Part shown: in pieces, positions 53,441 through 56,301 of the stretch
Position numbering within the stretch: position 1 is the first letter of the stretch
Layout of the letters: each line of letters begins with the position of its first letter
Assembly (NCBI GenBank): GCA_964464605.1
Contig: CAYXJN010000010.1
Location: 1-56,301 of the forward strand
From: an uncultured Ignavibacteriales bacterium
GTDB lineage: Bacteria > Zixibacteria > MSB-5A5 > GN15 > FEB-12
Length of the DNA stretch: 56,301 nucleotides
Direction of reading: 5' to 3'
Notes under the pieces: model-generated
Told to the model about the DNA's origin: nothing
Seen by the model: the letters and a program-made list of their open reading frames with translations, nothing else
Databases searched by the model: none
Position numbers and translations under genes: made by a program

Positions 53441-54484
53441 ATGAAAACAGCGCTAACACTTATACTCACAGTCGGATTGCTCCTCGGTTTCGCGGTTCCC
53501 TTTAGCGCCGCGCAAAACGGCGGAAACCGGCAGAACCTTAAAGAAAATGTCCGTAAAGATTTGGAACGGACAGATGCGGTTATCGAGCGCGCGAAGCAGG
53601 CAATCGAAAGATCCAACGCACCTGTCGCCAATCAGGCTTTGACCTCTGCAGTTTCTGTTCAGGAAAATGCCTGGCAGCAGTTTCAACTTGATTATTTTAG
53701 AATCGCCCGCCAGTTGACGCTTGAAGCCCGTGAATTAGCCAAACAGGCAATGTCCCGTGCCCGTGTTGTCGAACAGGGTGAAGAGGAGCTTTCCCGCAGG
53801 CTTGACCGGGCGGAAGAAGCCCTGGCACGAATTGCTGAAATTCACACCCCAAACGATAATTCCCCTTTTGGCTCACTCTATTTGCTGACCAAAGAAAATC
53901 TTCGTCGCGCCCGTGAGTTTTATAACGATAAACAGTACCTCGCGGCCTTTCGTTTGGTTCAGCAGGTTGAACGCTCGATTTGGCGCTTAACCCGTGCCGC
54001 CAACCGGGATGGGCGCTGGTTTGAGCAGTATGAAAACCGGGCAATGCAGGTTGCCGATCTCATAGACCGCGTAAAAGAGCAGCTTGCAGAGTGTGGAGTT
54101 TCTTCTGCCGAGACATTGTTATCGCAAGCCGATGGCGCTTTCAAGCGAGCTGAAGAACTCGCCGACAACGATCAACTGAAACCTGCACTGCAATCGCTGC
54201 AGCAGGCGCAGGAACTGGCCAATGAGGCCGCCAGCCAGTGTCAAGGCTCAACGAGTCTTGAAAAAACCTACGAGCGCTTGCTCGCAAAAGCAGAACTCCT
54301 AAAAAGCCAGCTTTCTGCGAAAGATGAGCAGGCCAGGCTGCTGATAGCTCAGGCAGAGGAGCAACTTGTTCTCGCCCGACGGCACCTGGAATCTGATAAT
54401 ACCGAACAGGCTGCTGTCGCTTTGCGTGCAGCACAGCTTGCTCTTAGACAAGCAGAAGAATATCTTACCGGCAATGAACACTGA
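53441..54484 (+). CDS. Secreted alpha-helical repeat protein
   Basis: Signal peptide (…FSAA/Q), four related helical modules and one Cys pair. Confidence 0.8.
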   Translation: MKTALTLILTVGLLLGFAVPFSAAQNGGNRQNLKENVRKDLERTDAVIERAKQAIERSNAPVANQALTSAVSVQENAWQQFQLDYFRIARQLTLEARELAKQAMSRARVVEQGEEELSRRLDRAEEALARIAEIHTPNDNSPFGSLYLLTKENLRRAREFYNDKQYLAAFRLVQQVERSIWRLTRAANRDGRWFEQYENRAMQVADLIDRVKEQLAECGVSSAETLLSQADGAFKRAEELADNDQLKPALQSLQQAQELANEAASQCQGSTSLEKTYERLLAKAELLKSQLSAKDEQARLLIAQAEEQLVLARRHLESDNTEQAAVALRAAQLALRQAEEYLTGNEH

Positions 54485-54504
54485 CAACTCAAGCCGGAGC
54501 GGAT

Positions 54505-55767
54505 TTGAGGGTCAAAACGCGTCTGCTGCTCGCTGCAGCATTTTTATTTCTCGTTAGCCAAAGTCTACTGGCAACATCCCCATTCCATTTTCGTGCGGGA
54601 GTCGGGTATGACTATCTCTCACAGGAGTTTTTTCAGGATTCATTGGTGGCAAGCGGAGCCGATTCCAGCTTTGTCAGTTTCCTGCTGCGGAATGAATACC
54701 TAAACGACCCCAAGGGGATTTTTTCCATTCGCTATACCCCTGAAAAAAGTCAATTTGAGGCTGCCCTAACCTATGAGCAGACACATGACCGCTTGCGACT
54801 CGTTGGAACACCCAATTTCAAGTTTTTGCTTGGCCGGACAAAACTACAGATAATGAATGAACTGGAGTGGCGGGATAATATCGGCTCTGATACCGACGAA
54901 AGCAGTTACCTATTCGGCAACTCACGAACAGGATTGACCACCCCGCTTTCGGAAAAGATGAACCTCTTGGCGCAGGTTTCCCTGGATGGGGTAACGTTCA
55001 CCGACCAAAAAGAAAGTGGAATCGACTACTACCGGCTCGGCGCCAAAACCGGGATATCTTACTCCTTCTCTGAAATGACCTTTTTGGAAGCCCGCCTTTT
55101 GACCGCCAGCCGGCAGGTACCGGATTCACAGAAACTGGAATATCTGGCGTTCGGCGGAGATATCAGTCTGTACTATTTCGGAGAAAATATCAGCCTTGAC
55201 CTGTACGGGTTTGTCGAAAACAAAAACTACCAAGCCGAGCCGGAACAGGATGACCTAACCCACATCGACCTCTCCAACCGAACCCAAGCTTACTTTTCGG
55301 AACACTTTTTTGGAGTTTTAGAACTGGACGGGGAGCTTGACCTGTTTCACAAAAGCGACCCGTTCAATAACAATACCGGCCGGATCCAAACCGCTGTTTT
55401 GGGTGGCCTGAACAAAGGGGTATGGTCAATCGCGGTTGGTCCGGTATCCGAAATGCTCAACGAAGCCGGGAGCTCGGCCTCGGTTGAGGACTACACCGAG
55501 ATCGGTGGTCGGATTGATATCGAGGCGATTTCGGGGACCAATTTTTTTGTCTCATGGCGGGGGTCTATTGGGCGTCGGGATGTGCTCCACGAGGATGATA
55601 TCCGGTCCGATTTCACCTATGGCCGGACAAATTTGATCGCAGATTTTAAGCTTCTGGAACAGCTTCGGCTCAACGGACTCTTGTCCCTCGACCGGGAATG
55701 GAGTGACCTCGAAGAGGCCAGCAGCACGACCTACATTCTCTCCAGCTCACTCCTCTTTGAGTTCTGA
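54505..55767 (+). CDS. Putative outer-membrane beta-barrel protein
   Basis: Signal peptide, alternating amphipathic beta-strands and C-terminal ...LLFEF (BAM-type terminal Phe). Confidence 0.75.
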   Translation: MRVKTRLLLAAAFLFLVSQSLLATSPFHFRAGVGYDYLSQEFFQDSLVASGADSSFVSFLLRNEYLNDPKGIFSIRYTPEKSQFEAALTYEQTHDRLRLVGTPNFKFLLGRTKLQIMNELEWRDNIGSDTDESSYLFGNSRTGLTTPLSEKMNLLAQVSLDGVTFTDQKESGIDYYRLGAKTGISYSFSEMTFLEARLLTASRQVPDSQKLEYLAFGGDISLYYFGENISLDLYGFVENKNYQAEPEQDDLTHIDLSNRTQAYFSEHFFGVLELDGELDLFHKSDPFNNNTGRIQTAVLGGLNKGVWSIAVGPVSEMLNEAGSSASVEDYTEIGGRIDIEAISGTNFFVSWRGSIGRRDVLHEDDIRSDFTYGRTNLIADFKLLEQLRLNGLLSLDREWSDLEEASSTTYILSSSLLFEF

Positions 55768-55779
55768 GGCATGCATAGA

Positions 55780-55797
55780 TTGTGAACTCTTTCACAA
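55780..55797. promoter_or_regulatory. Perfect Rex-type operator, first of four similar boxes
   Basis: TTGTGAA-CTCT-TTCACAA. Related boxes at 55890-55907, 56113-56130 and 56199-56216. Confidence 0.7.
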
Positions 55798-56301
55798 TTA
55801 GATGATTACTCCTGCAACTCGCCGTCGCTAATCTTGAGTTACAGATGTGGAGTTTCCCACTCGCAGGAATTCAAAACCCAGCTGTCAGATTGTTCTGTTT
55901 TTCACAATCCTGAGGGGCCGGACAGGCTGGTAAGATCAGTTAACAATTTTTAGGCCTGTTGGGTATCCTGCCTGACGATCTGAAATCGACAGTAAACAGG
56001 GTCGGTTTTCGGGAAAGCAAACCTTGAATAACTTGCCATTCTCCCTGCCACGATACCCTTATAAGAAGCTACGCTGCCTTGATTTTACGATGACCGCATA
56101 GCGGGCGCAAATTTGCGCTTTTTTTCACAAATAGCTATTTACGCTATACCTGTTGCTGTTTCAGGCTATCTCTCACGAGTAGATTTGGAAATGGCTATTT
56201 GTGATTTTATTCACCATCTCATTACCGGATAGTATCGCGTTAAACGCCGGCTTGGTCAGTTCCTGCGACATGTGGGGTCAGATTTGATCAGTAAAAAGCG
56301 A

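Overview
A gene-dense chromosomal segment from a diderm bacterium of moderate GC content. The gene content resembles FCB-adjacent lineages such as Zixibacteria, but this is an inference only. In order, the window holds: an exosortase/EpsI pair; a lipid kinase; a HEAT-repeat/HD-GYP pair; GDP-D-rhamnose and UDP-HexNAcA biosynthesis genes; a GAF-GAF-PP2C phosphatase; a 15-gene alternative complex III plus A2-type caa3 oxidase operon with assembly genes and ctaB; murQ; a GT4; asnS; tRNA-Lys; a LOV-like hybrid kinase with a dual-REC regulator; FKBP; purA; engB; lon; a pseudokinase; tRNA-Glu; pruA; and a two-component/sigma54 module upstream of a secreted helical-repeat protein and an outer-membrane barrel. 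No CRISPR array, integrase or transposase was seen. The most notable observations are: (1) a LOV domain in exact register with natural Cys->Met and Gln->Leu substitutions; (2) engB apparently starting at AUU behind a strong SD and in frame with lon; (3) an AT-rich repeat/membrane gene split by one in-frame TAG, with a second gene of similar architecture nearby; (4) Rex-type operators at the ACIII operon and a cluster of four at the window end; (5) orphan plus-strand terminators suggesting sRNAs; (6) several probable leaderless genes and a recurring sigma28-like CCGATA motif.
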